32,000 nt of DNA, from the NCBI GenBank assembly GCA_002794465.1, contig MTSL01000213.1, positions 52,019-84,018 of the forward strand, written 5' to 3'. Shown in pieces: positions 1-9,119 of the stretch (the stretch's first letter is position 1; each line of letters begins with the position of its first letter). Position numbers and translations under genes: made by a program. Below the pieces are notes generated by a model. The model had not been told where the DNA came from, searched no databases, and saw nothing but the letters and a program-made list of their open reading frames with translations. This stretch comes from Paramicrosporidium saccamoebae KSL3. Lineage: Eukaryota > Fungi > Cryptomycota.

Positions 1-1
1 G

Positions 2-373
2 GAGCGGGTAGGCCGGTGCAGTCTTGCGGGCTACCATCGAGCACGATATGTGGTGCAGGGACCGATGCGCAACGCAGCGCTGGTCGGCAGAGAGTTTGCT
101 CGAACAGTGGGAAGAGAGCGACAATACGGATGGCCGCGAGAAGGACTATGGCAACAGGCAAAGCTGCAGTATGCACAAGCCTGGAACACTCTCTTTCCCA
201 CAACGATACGCGAGCAGGGCAAGTGGGCTGAGGCTTTGGCAGGACGAGTAAAAGAGTTGACGTGGAAACAGGTTGGAGAGGGAACCCTAGTGGTAGGTGA
301 AATTATTTCCATTTATTACATGAGCAAACTGCTCGCTGTATCTGGCAAAAAGACGATCCAGACCTTTATCTAA
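2..373 (+). CDS. ATP20: Mitochondrial ATP synthase subunit g-like protein, probably 5'-truncated by the window edge
   Basis: The frame of ORF 50..373 is open back to position 2. AALVGREFARTV..YGWP and KELTWKQVGEGTLVVGEIISIYYMSKLL follow the subunit g layout as I recall it (KVG.E..K....PP, then one C-terminal TM helix). The match is divergent. Confidence 0.55.
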   Translation, partial: ERVGRCSLAGYHRARYVVQGPMRNAALVGREFARTVGRERQYGWPREGLWQQAKLQYAQAWNTLFPTTIREQGKWAEALAGRVKELTWKQVGEGTLVVGEIISIYYMSKLLAVSGKKTIQTFI

Positions 374-620
374 CTCCGACAATGACCAACCAAATAAATG
401 ATTTATCCTTTTGTTGCGTAGTGTGTATGGGGAGGGGGAGAAGGACAAGTCGGATGAGAAGAGACGAAACGAAAGAAAGGGGAAAAGAATTTGCACGCTG
501 TCGGAGAATGTTAATAAAACGGCATATTTCTAGTCTCGCTAGCAGCAATCCTGAAATCGTAAGGGTACGGGCCCCCCTGTCCTCAGAAAGGCATTTATTC
601 GATCAAATCTCTCACATTAA

Positions 621-1594
621 TCACTGTACAGCAAGACCCAATCTGTAGTCGGGAAGGACGGGATATAATACTGAACGTTCAGGCCTCCGTAGCATAATCT
701 CCACCTGCTTGTAATACTTTCTATTCTCCGCATCACGCAGCACCAATCCTACATAATACCGGACAGAAAAGGTGCCATTAATGTTGTTCATGGTGGGCGA
801 CGCTTTAGTCCCTAGGGCCGCCAAATCGAGATAGACGGGCAGAACGTCTCCCCGGTATGCCGAGCCATCAAGGATCTGTCGGCTTGAGAGAATGGTTTGC
901 TCAATCACTTCATTATTACCATCAAGCTCCTTTCGAACCAGGGTAACGGCCACATCAATGACCCGAACTCGGACCAGCAAGAATTGAACCGTCCCGTGGA
1001 TCTCATCAGTCATTAGAAAGTGGGATCGATCGAGACGCATTTTGATGTGGAGAAACTCTTCCAGACCGACCTCAATCTCCACCGGTACGGAGGGTGACAT
1101 TTCCACCGGCTCATATACTGTCGGACACCACAGAGTCGCCTCTTTCACCACGTCAGACAACTTTCGATGCATCACAACTCGCACAAAATAGCGTAGCGAG
1201 ACTCCTGACCCATCATATGACGGGAACGGGAAACGCACATTTCCAAAATCAAATTCTAACACTGTCGTCTCCTTCATCGTCCCTGGCGGGGCCAGCTGCA
1301 CCCGCGTGGAAATGAACTCGTCGGGAGGTGTGCGTTCAATGGCGCCGATGAGCGTTATAGAAATTCCCAGATGATCAAGAGGCGACTTGGGACGCAAATG
1401 GAGGTGACCACGGAGGGATGTCTTGTCATGTACAATTGGACAGGTTTCGGAGCTGGACAGCGAATTTGCGCCTTGACTGAGGATTCGACGATAAGTGTCG
1501 TATGGTTCTTCAAATTGCACAGTAATTTCGGGAGGAGACCCAAACAGACCGAATAAGCCCTAAACTACATGAGATGGCCACCCTCTATTACCAT
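621..1594 (-). CDS. VPS26: Retromer subunit Vps26; exons 1592-1594 (ATG only) and 621-1559; 313 aa
   Basis: Motifs GISITLIGAIE, SYDGSGVSLRYFVRVVM, IEVGLEEFLHI, FSVRYYVGLVLRDAENRKYYKQVEI. The track ORF starts at GTG. Splicing ATG|gtaata...tttag|GGC gives MGLFGLFGSPPEITVQF, a typical Vps26 N-terminus. Confidence 0.95.
1560..1591 (-). other. 32-nt spliceosomal intron directly after the VPS26 start codon
   Basis: gtaatagagggtggccatctcatgtagtttag. The in-frame TAG just before GGC forces a splice. Confidence 0.8.
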
Positions 1595-1673
1595 TATGTG
1601 CGATTAAGAGATTAAAGTGAGTAGCCCATGTGAGAGTCTGTATATAACACGAGGCACTTTGAGATGTAGTTAT

Positions 1674-1860
1674 TCGGATACTATTTTGTAAATGGCTTGA
1701 CACTACTTTGTAGATAGCTCGGTATTACTTTGTAGATAACTTGACACCACTTTGTAGATAGCTTGACATTACTTTGTAGATAACTTGACACTACTTTGTA
1801 AATAGCTTGACACTACTTTGTAGATAGCTTGACATTACTTTGTAGATAGCTTGATATCAT
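1674..1860. repeat. 22-nt minisatellite: 7 clear copies (1696-1849) plus degenerate flanking copies
   Basis: Unit cttgacactactttgtagatag in exact 22-nt register at 1696, 1718, 1740, 1762, 1784, 1806, 1828. Confidence 0.95.
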
Positions 1861-2016
1861 TTCACACTAATCTAATCACTATTTCATGTCATGTCACTTC
1901 TATATTGCAGTTATGTGTTCCTTATCACTATGTACTGGCTGACTCGACTTAACCTAACACCCTAACACCTTAACACCCAACCACCGACCACTAACCGCCC
2001 TAGCCAACACGACAAT

Positions 2017-4788
2017 TTAATCAGTGCTGAGAAACATTATAGAGGGCGGATATCGATTTTGTATGGTCGCACTCTGCTGTCTCAAATATGCAGTAAAGCC
2101 CTGCCGTAGCTCAGGCGCCGTCCGCAGTACCTCTTCCAGTCTTTCCAGATCGAGATGCAACATGACAGCATATGAGGAGGGTGCGAGGGTGCGGAGACAC
2201 CGGATAAATCCATCCCAAAGTTTGGGTGAGAGGGTGCGACTAAGGAGTCGGGATAAAAGTCCAACAAGATGAGACGAAAGACCCTTGTGATGTGCTGCTG
2301 ATTGAAGAATGGTGCGCATGAGCATGGTGGGCAACTCGGGAAGATCAATTAGCCGTTGGAGGGCAGTTGCAATGGTGTCGGGCTTGAAAACAGTATTCAT
2401 TACAAAGCAAATCTGAATCACGTCAACACCACGCTTAAGAGGGACAGGCAGCCTGTGCAAAAACACAAAAAGCTCAGAAGGTCCCAACAGGTCAGCCGCC
2501 TTGGAGAACAAATTCACATAGTGCATCTTATTCTTCTCTTCCAGAGGATCCACTACCTCTGCATAATGAACCAGACCTGTCTTCAATTGCTCCTTTGTGG
2601 CCACCATGGCAAATAGCTCTAGTAATCGAATCGGCCATCGGTCATTCAGCAGATTGTCGATTGCTTGATCCATGCACTCTGATGGGAACAGTTCTATGGA
2701 ATTAGGAAACGAACTAAATTGAATACTATGTCGGCAGAGATGCTCTAATGTCTTTTCAATCCAAACTCCCACAGGGTCGACTGAAATGGGAGCCTGTAGC
2801 AGGTAATTGCACAGAGAGACGACAGACTTTTCCAAATCCGGCATTGAACAAAGCAATGAAAGTTGACTAACACAGTACTCTTGGACGGCGGCATCCAATC
2901 CATTGTATGTAACAAAGTATTTTCCAAAAACAATGTCAGGCCGTCTCACAATCAGACGCAGAACCAAGTCCATTTGAATCCCAGGGACAGTAGGGTCGAT
3001 GCTATTCAATGCATCGGTGGCCGCACTAGACACTAGACTGGACACATCCTGCAGTTCAATCAGACTATCACATATTATGGCCGTGGCAGCCTTCCTCAGC
3101 GACTCATCTTCACTTACACAAAAGACTAATAGTCGGGTTACTAGAGACATCCGAACGGCAGGTCTCTTGATGGAGACTTGCTCAATAACTGCCAGAGTTA
3201 GGGTGCGTGTAGACGGCGTCACACAAAGCCAGTCAAGGAGCGTGATATGCAAATCTCCCACAATTTCTGGTGTCTCTATAAGGAATCGCTGCAGGAAGGC
3301 CTCCCATTGCGGGCTGTTCTCCGCCGCAAGCTCCTGCAGCCGGGCCAGTATCAGTGCGTAGGAGCTTTGGTACTTTTCACGGTCAGCCTGGAGCCACACC
3401 AACCTCATCCAATACAGCAGGGCTGCCATGCGCTCGTCCAAATTCACAAACCAGTAATCAATCAAGAGTTCGCCGATAACCGCATTTTCTAGTACTGCTG
3501 CAAGCCTCAAAAGGGATTTCAGTTGGGATTTCCTCTCCTTGGCATCTTGAAAAATGGCATTGTCTGACATTCCTTCCAGAATGGCCTTGTACTGGTTTAG
3601 CAATAATTGGCTTCGCTCGGCTTCGTCAATAACACGCGGAGCAAGCTCAAAGGGAACCATCTGATCCACTGCCATGTCCACTGAAGATGCCTGAATCTGG
3701 GGCTGCCGAGGATCCAATCGTCTCGGATCCCTAACCTGCACATGCGCAGTAGGTCTCCAGCGTTCCAACGACGACCTTAGTCGTTCAACTGGAGTCAAGC
3801 GCAACGCGTGCAGCAAAACTTCAATTGCGGTGGAGAGGGAGACCTTTTCAATTTCCACTGTAGGCTCTGCTTTAATCTTTTTAGTCCCCACATTGGCCAG
3901 CAAAGACTCGTCGTCGTCCTCCTCATTCCGGCGCTTTTTGCCGTATTTGGTGGATTTTTTAAGCACCTCCACAATGAGCGAGTAATACTTTTCAGCTGCT
4001 GCACATTCCACAAGACTGGCAAGCTGCTTCTCGAGAGTATGCCCGAGGTGGAGACGCTGATGTTCAGCCAATCGCTCAGGCTGCGTCTCGAATAACTCAA
4101 TCAGGGCGGGCACAATTTTGGGTAGAAAGGGTGGACGGAGCCGGGCAATCCTGCCGAGTAGGTTGGAAACGGCCAGGAGAGCGTTGGAGGGGACATTGTC
4201 TCGCCACAGGATAGCAATAAGTTGGTCAAGCGAAGCGCTTGAAACTTGCTTAATGTCGTTCAGTTTGATCTTGGAGTCGTCTGTCAGGGTAAGGGTATCC
4301 AAGCTGAATTCGTCCTCCTCCATCTCGTCTTCATCCTGACTGCGGTTGGAACAATACAGAACAAACATTTGTAGCATGCGTGCACCGCGTATTATCACGC
4401 CGGCGTGGCTGCTCTCTTTCATTAAACCAAGGATGCGCTCCCTCAATCCATTAATCACGTCCCATAAATCAAAATTGTTCGAGGTATAGACCAGTCTGAT
4501 TAGTGAGGGCAAGGCGCAAGCAAACCGGGTGAATACTTCACCAAGCAGGACGGGTTCATTAGTCTCCGAAAGTGCCTTTTCAACCAGCGGTATCAGTTCT
4601 GTTCCATATTCCCCATTCCTTGCGCATACGTGGAGGGCGACGAATGCACGGTCGAGGTCCTGTCCCTTTCCTTTGGTCAGCATTTTCACCACTGCAGCCT
4701 CCTCTCCAGCATCAATGCTGCCATTGCCGTCCAAAAAGCTGTATAAATCATGCCAGCTGGCCTTGCCCTTCTTTACATCCTCCAGCAT
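2017..4788 (-). CDS. SYMPK: Symplekin / Pta1-like mRNA 3'-processing scaffold, 923 aa
   Basis: Helical N-terminal region with IARLRPPFLPKIVPAL. The C-terminal symplekin_C-type segment reads LPTMLMRTILQS...LSRLLSR...LWDGFIRC...APSSYAVMLHL. Confidence 0.88.
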   Translation of the reverse strand: MLEDVKKGKASWHDLYSFLDGNGSIDAGEEAAVVKMLTKGKGQDLDRAFVALHVCARNGEYGTELIPLVEKALSETNEPVLLGEVFTRFACALPSLIRLVYTSNNFDLWDVINGLRERILGLMKESSHAGVIIRGARMLQMFVLYCSNRSQDEDEMEEDEFSLDTLTLTDDSKIKLNDIKQVSSASLDQLIAILWRDNVPSNALLAVSNLLGRIARLRPPFLPKIVPALIELFETQPERLAEHQRLHLGHTLEKQLASLVECAAAEKYYSLIVEVLKKSTKYGKKRRNEEDDDESLLANVGTKKIKAEPTVEIEKVSLSTAIEVLLHALRLTPVERLRSSLERWRPTAHVQVRDPRRLDPRQPQIQASSVDMAVDQMVPFELAPRVIDEAERSQLLLNQYKAILEGMSDNAIFQDAKERKSQLKSLLRLAAVLENAVIGELLIDYWFVNLDERMAALLYWMRLVWLQADREKYQSSYALILARLQELAAENSPQWEAFLQRFLIETPEIVGDLHITLLDWLCVTPSTRTLTLAVIEQVSIKRPAVRMSLVTRLLVFCVSEDESLRKAATAIICDSLIELQDVSSLVSSAATDALNSIDPTVPGIQMDLVLRLIVRRPDIVFGKYFVTYNGLDAAVQEYCVSQLSLLCSMPDLEKSVVSLCNYLLQAPISVDPVGVWIEKTLEHLCRHSIQFSSFPNSIELFPSECMDQAIDNLLNDRWPIRLLELFAMVATKEQLKTGLVHYAEVVDPLEEKNKMHYVNLFSKAADLLGPSELFVFLHRLPVPLKRGVDVIQICFVMNTVFKPDTIATALQRLIDLPELPTMLMRTILQSAAHHKGLSSHLVGLLSRLLSRTLSPKLWDGFIRCLRTLAPSSYAVMLHLDLERLEEVLRTAPELRQGFTAYLRQQSATIQNRYPPSIMFLSTD

Positions 4789-4862
4789 AATTACGAATTT
4801 TTGAATAATTCGTAACCACTATCGCACATTAGATGAGAGCTGTTTTGGTGGGGTAAATGCGT

Positions 4863-4870
4863 CTTTTATA
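4863..4870 (-). promoter_or_regulatory. TATA-like box (TATAAAAG) ~75 nt upstream of the symplekin ATG
   Basis: Sequence match and position only. Confidence 0.3.
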
Positions 4871-5155
4871 CGCCCGAGTCGGTTTAAAATAGAGATTACC
4901 ATCCATTAAACGCGAATTGACGCACTGTAAATATGGTGTTTATCGAAAATGCGCCATAAATACGAGATTTGTAGTAACGAGTGTGCCAAACAGCGCCCAT
5001 TTGTGACGTAGAGGATTGATTAGCATGTCCTTTGGAAATAGTATTTATTTGGGAGACTATCTCACACTTACAAATTGATAATAAAAGAGTTCCCTTGCCT
5101 CTCAAATCAATAGTATTTCCAAAGGGCATGCTAATCGATCCTTTACGTTACACAC

Positions 5156-5224
5156 TTCTGATTGGTCATTCTAATGCCTAGCCCACGATTCAGTGTGATA
5201 GAAGTGATAGTCTATGTGCCACAT
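5156..5224 (+). repeat. Dispersed repeat B, copy 1 (pairs with 20511-20579)
   Basis: Manual ungapped alignment, 52 of 69 nt identical. The last 43 nt are 35/43 identical. Confidence 0.7.
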
Positions 5225-5324
5225 AATCTGATAAAGATATGCCTTTGTACACTAACAGCCCCCTTTGCACTGGTTTGTTGTAGAAACTTTACTATAAGAA
5301 TAAACCGTTTTATTCTCAGCCTGG

Positions 5325-5670
5325 CTACATTTTGCTTTGGATAGGCACCTTTTTGGGATGCGTGTCTCTTTTGACATGTGGTCTCAGTGTCATTTTACGA
5401 ACGACCTCACGCTCCCGAGTTCTTTCACGGCAAGTCTTTTTGGATTGCTCAGGCTTCAACTTGCGTCGCGGCTTGACCACGCCCGCACTGACGGTTGGCT
5501 GCTGAACATATGTCATGGGCGGATCAAGGATCACCATCTTTGGGGATGCTACTGTGCTCAGTAACATCCAATCCTCTGTTTTCTCTGTCGAATTGTTGCC
5601 AGGCTTTGACTTGGTCTTTTTTTTTTACGGGCGAGGCGACCACCTTGTAAATGTCACTTAGCCATCCCAT
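5325..5670 (-). CDS. Possible small basic protein (~114 aa) split at an A10 run (frameshift or micro-intron)
   Basis: ORFs 5524..5712 and 5325..5567 join into one frame if one A of the A10 run (plus-strand T 5617-5626) is removed. No homology recognised. Confidence 0.3.
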
Positions 5671-5742
5671 CCAAACAAACTCGGCCCCAAAAATTGATAC
5701 ATTTATAGCCAATCACCAGCAACCATCAAGCGTATATTTTAT

Positions 5743-8055
5743 TTACAGTTTAAGAAGCCAATCTTGCTGGATGGCGAGACGGAGAGTTTCACGTTTCAGA
5801 TGGTCAATTTGTTTGGTCAGCAGAGTCAAAGTGGCTGAGATGGGACGGTGGTCACTGACCTGCATCAAGGGATGAGAAGTGTAGTTCTGCACCCTCGCAT
5901 CAGGAGAGTTTGTGCGAAGGAGGATACGGTCACAGTAAGCAGGGATTCGTTGCTTCTCGCTAGTGTCCAGGACATCCGTGCCACGGTCGTACTTGTAAGT
6001 CGGAGGGAAATTTAAGGGCTCCTCCTTAAAGGTTGAGAGAGGATGATTGGGGACCTTGATGAGTTGAGATAGCAATTGATCATTCGGGAGGAGTTCGACA
6101 TGAGTTTTAGCATGTATTGCTGATTCTGCAGCTTCTCGCGTTGTATTTAGACGATAATTCAAGTCTCCAAAGAGAACAACATGTTCGTGGTCAAAGATCA
6201 AATCACCCTCTCCCCCCATGAATACGCATTCCGACTGTGCCACCCGTGGTAAATGTGCATTCTTCAGAATTGTCGAGAGATCAGTGTTTCGAGCTGCCAC
6301 TTGCGAATGACCAGCTGCCAAGTGACAATTTACGAAACATAGAGACGTATCATCAATAGTCAGACGCGTGACAATGGCGCCTTTGTTCCCATGCAAACCA
6401 CCGAGGCCAGTCTTGACCATCTCATGAGAAACCATCCCAATACAAAGGGCTGGATCAGCAAAAACTGCCATCATCAGACCTACCATATTTTTCTGAGAAA
6501 CCAGTCGAACATTTGGACATGTCTGCTTCAGCTCTAGCAAGATCCTGTCCACCCACAGCTGGGCTCGTCCATCATCGGAGGGAGCATTGGTGACTTTGCT
6601 ATTAGAGGCAAGAATCATTTTGGCATTGGTGCTTTTGGATTCCAGATCGACCATTTCCTGAATCCCAACAACGTAGAGATCATATTTTCTGGTCGTGTCC
6701 AGCCAGTCCGCCCAGAACGAGGGAGCCTCTGGTGGTCTTTGGGAATCCACATTCCAGGAACACACGCGGACAGCACAGTTTTGGCTCTTGGCAAACTCTT
6801 CGGTTCGTTTGTGCAAGATTTCATCAACCTGGAGCTTTATGAGGTTTGCATCCCACAAACTGACGCATGCAGAATCACAGAGGGAAGCCAATGGAACATG
6901 CAATGGGTTGGTGGCGAATTGGGCTGCGTCAATGTGTATGACGGAAGTCTGATGGGCCTTCCACTCTGCCAACAGTTTCCAGTCTTTTGCGCAAATAATC
7001 TTCATCTTTCCGTTGGACAATCCCAGCCACAAAGACGTGCCTTTACCTTCAATACAGGTAATTTTATGGGATCCAGTTTGAAATATACCTGTTGGCACGC
7101 CTGTCGCATTCCACCTGACAAGCAGACCATCTTCATGAGCAGTAACAATAGTTTTACCTACAGAGGTAATCCCGGTTACAATGCCCACTTTGAGGCCAAG
7201 ATCGGCCTCATAGTCAAAACGGGCCGCCAGTGTCAGAGTATTCTGCTCCCTCGAATGTACTTCCAGCACTTTTCCCGATCCAACCCACACAATCCCACCA
7301 TCAGTCACATGCACGAGCGTGGGACAATCCATGACTCTTGTCACGCCAATCTTTGCATCAGCGCTAATGTCCGAATCAATTATTCTCCAAACATGGACCC
7401 ATCCAGCATCATCGACTGCCCACAACTCTTCTTTCGTGGTCTTTAAATGGATTATTGCTCGACCAGAGACACTCATACTCTTGGTAATCTCACCCACCCT
7501 GCAATCCACTACTAGAATGTTCCCATTCTTTGTGCCAACCGCCATTCTGTCCAGTGCAATGAATGCAGCCGATTCGGGAAAATCCAGGCCGGTAGAATGA
7601 CTCCATAACAACTCTCCACAACGCAGATTCCACCCTAAAATGGTTGCAGTGCTGATAGCAACAACCAATTCTCCAGATACTACTACCCGCTTAATTACAT
7701 TCCGACTGCGACTAATTTGCAATCTGCTCTCCAGCGTCGGACCTTCCCTTCGTGTCCGGTGACAGTCCAATGTGGAAATCTGAAGGGTTGAAATCCCAGC
7801 CAACACAGAATCAGCCGAGACGGCTCTAGGTCGAGCAGGCACTGGGGGAGCCTGTCTCGCATGAAATGTCCGACTCGTGTCCGTTAGTTGATTCCCATTT
7901 AGTGTTTGTCCCGCATCCATGGTTTGGTTCCCATTTGGTGTTTGTCTCACATCCATATCCATGGTTTGGCTCCTACTTGGTTTTTGTCTCACACCCACAC
8001 CCACATCTAATGCTCGTCTTACTTCCGGCTTTATTGGCACCGGAGGTCCCACCAT
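5743..8055 (-). CDS. Inositol polyphosphate 5-phosphatase with an N-terminal WD40-like propeller, 770 aa
   Basis: 5-phosphatase motifs CSWNV, VGIQEMV, HGNKGAI, FVNCHLAAG, FGDLNYRL, PPTYKYD, PAYCDRIL, SDHRPI. The upstream region has WD-like repeats (TAHEDGLLVRWN, WKAHQTSV, VSLWD). Confidence 0.92.
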   Translation of the reverse strand: MVGPPVPIKPEVRRALDVGVGVRQKPSRSQTMDMDVRQTPNGNQTMDAGQTLNGNQLTDTSRTFHARQAPPVPARPRAVSADSVLAGISTLQISTLDCHRTRREGPTLESRLQISRSRNVIKRVVVSGELVVAISTATILGWNLRCGELLWSHSTGLDFPESAAFIALDRMAVGTKNGNILVVDCRVGEITKSMSVSGRAIIHLKTTKEELWAVDDAGWVHVWRIIDSDISADAKIGVTRVMDCPTLVHVTDGGIVWVGSGKVLEVHSREQNTLTLAARFDYEADLGLKVGIVTGITSVGKTIVTAHEDGLLVRWNATGVPTGIFQTGSHKITCIEGKGTSLWLGLSNGKMKIICAKDWKLLAEWKAHQTSVIHIDAAQFATNPLHVPLASLCDSACVSLWDANLIKLQVDEILHKRTEEFAKSQNCAVRVCSWNVDSQRPPEAPSFWADWLDTTRKYDLYVVGIQEMVDLESKSTNAKMILASNSKVTNAPSDDGRAQLWVDRILLELKQTCPNVRLVSQKNMVGLMMAVFADPALCIGMVSHEMVKTGLGGLHGNKGAIVTRLTIDDTSLCFVNCHLAAGHSQVAARNTDLSTILKNAHLPRVAQSECVFMGGEGDLIFDHEHVVLFGDLNYRLNTTREAAESAIHAKTHVELLPNDQLLSQLIKVPNHPLSTFKEEPLNFPPTYKYDRGTDVLDTSEKQRIPAYCDRILLRTNSPDARVQNYTSHPLMQVSDHRPISATLTLLTKQIDHLKRETLRLAIQQDWLLKL

Positions 8056-8076
8056 GATAACCGATTGGTCAATTTA

Positions 8077-8677
8077 TTACAAACGTTTTTCCGTCCGACC
8101 GTAGGCCGTATCGTGCGCTTTGTATTCTAAATGGACAGAGGACGGGAGCTGCAGCACAAGACGCAGCTGGTCGCGTAGGCGAATCTTCTGGTCCTCGTCG
8201 TTGGCATTGCGATTCCACACGGATATAATATCTTCAGCATAACGCACCGACACTATCATGCCACAAACCCCATAGTCATCAAGGAGTCCTGAACATGCGG
8301 CCAACAACTACACCATAAATTCAGCAGTCTTTTCTTACCAAATGCTCCCATAAACGTGTCACAACTCCTTTTCGAAGCCGCACTGCCCACTTGCCGCCAA
8401 GGGCATTTGCATCATCTTCCCATGCGGGCTTGATTCCCGCCCGGAACACCTGATAGTCGGAATTGATGGCCAGCTCCCTTGGCCGCTTCAGATGTCCATA
8501 TACTGCCCAAAAATCTTCCGCCGTGCTAAAGGTGCCGATGGAGTGCAAGTTGGATTCGTAGTTGGCAGCAGCAACGGCCCCGCGCCCATGGCGGATCAGA
8601 TACCAAAATGTCCAGCTAGAGTGCAGCGGCAGGGCTAGTTGGGTCGAACCGGCAGCGGCTACTGTTGCAAATGTCAT
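8077..8677 (-). CDS. EIF4E2: eIF4E-family cap-binding protein, 4EHP/nCBP-like; exons 8339-8677 and 8077-8307; 189 aa
   Basis: Motifs PLHSSWTFWY, TFSTAEDFWAVY, FRAGIKPAWED..NALGGKW, EDIISVWNRNA, LPSSVHLEYKAH. The two track ORFs join in frame through a 31-nt intron. Confidence 0.85.
8308..8338 (-). other. 31-nt spliceosomal intron in eIF4E
   Basis: gtaagaaaagactgctgaatttatggtgtag; phase 0; restores RLWEHL-LLAACSG. Confidence 0.88.
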
Positions 8678-9119
8678 GTTGTATTGTCGCCGTATTCGGT
8701 ATTCCTTTGTCGGCGAGACTGAGAAACTGGGACTGCCAGGGTATATAAAATTATGTACCGATTAGAGAGTAAATCCAGTGATCGGGGATTGAGGGCCCTC
8801 GGTAAAAGAGTCTTTTGATAAAAGGTTTTCTCGATAAAAGGTTCTGTCGGTGAGAGAGTCTATCACTGTCGTATCTGAGGACCAAGAAGAAAGGATTCCT
8901 ATTATCAACCTTGCATTTACTACAAGCCTCACAATCGTGTCAAGCCCCTTGTCCACGGCTAGGCTTGCATAGATTCGTCGAGTTTATACGTGGATTAATA
9001 CAATGACTCGGTTGCAGAAAATGAACATTTGCCAATGAGGCGAGAACGGGGGTGATTCGACCATCTTCACACTGGCAATGTGGTTGATGGGACCTGCAGC
9101 AGGCCTAAGCCTTTCTGAA

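Noticed and set aside
1696-1849. Regular repeats as a possible CRISPR array (also 12458-12587 and 20641-20761)
   Set aside because: Units are head-to-tail with no unique spacers, there are no cas genes, and the context is eukaryotic.
1951-2010. cctaac-containing repeats resembling telomeric TTAGGG
   Set aside because: Only ~3 imperfect 8-9 nt units, internal, and no run of true CCCTAA.
4896-5129. 77-aa minus-strand ORF upstream of symplekin
   Set aside because: No recognisable homology or composition signal in AT-rich spacer DNA.
6739-7446. 235-aa plus-strand ORF
   Set aside because: Lies wholly antisense to the well-supported 5-phosphatase, with no recognisable motifs.
9078-9119. Track starts for paralogue 1 (9078) and paralogue 3 (12624)
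   Set aside because: The downstream ATGs (9120, 12675) put the signal-like stretch at the N-terminus, as in the other five paralogues.
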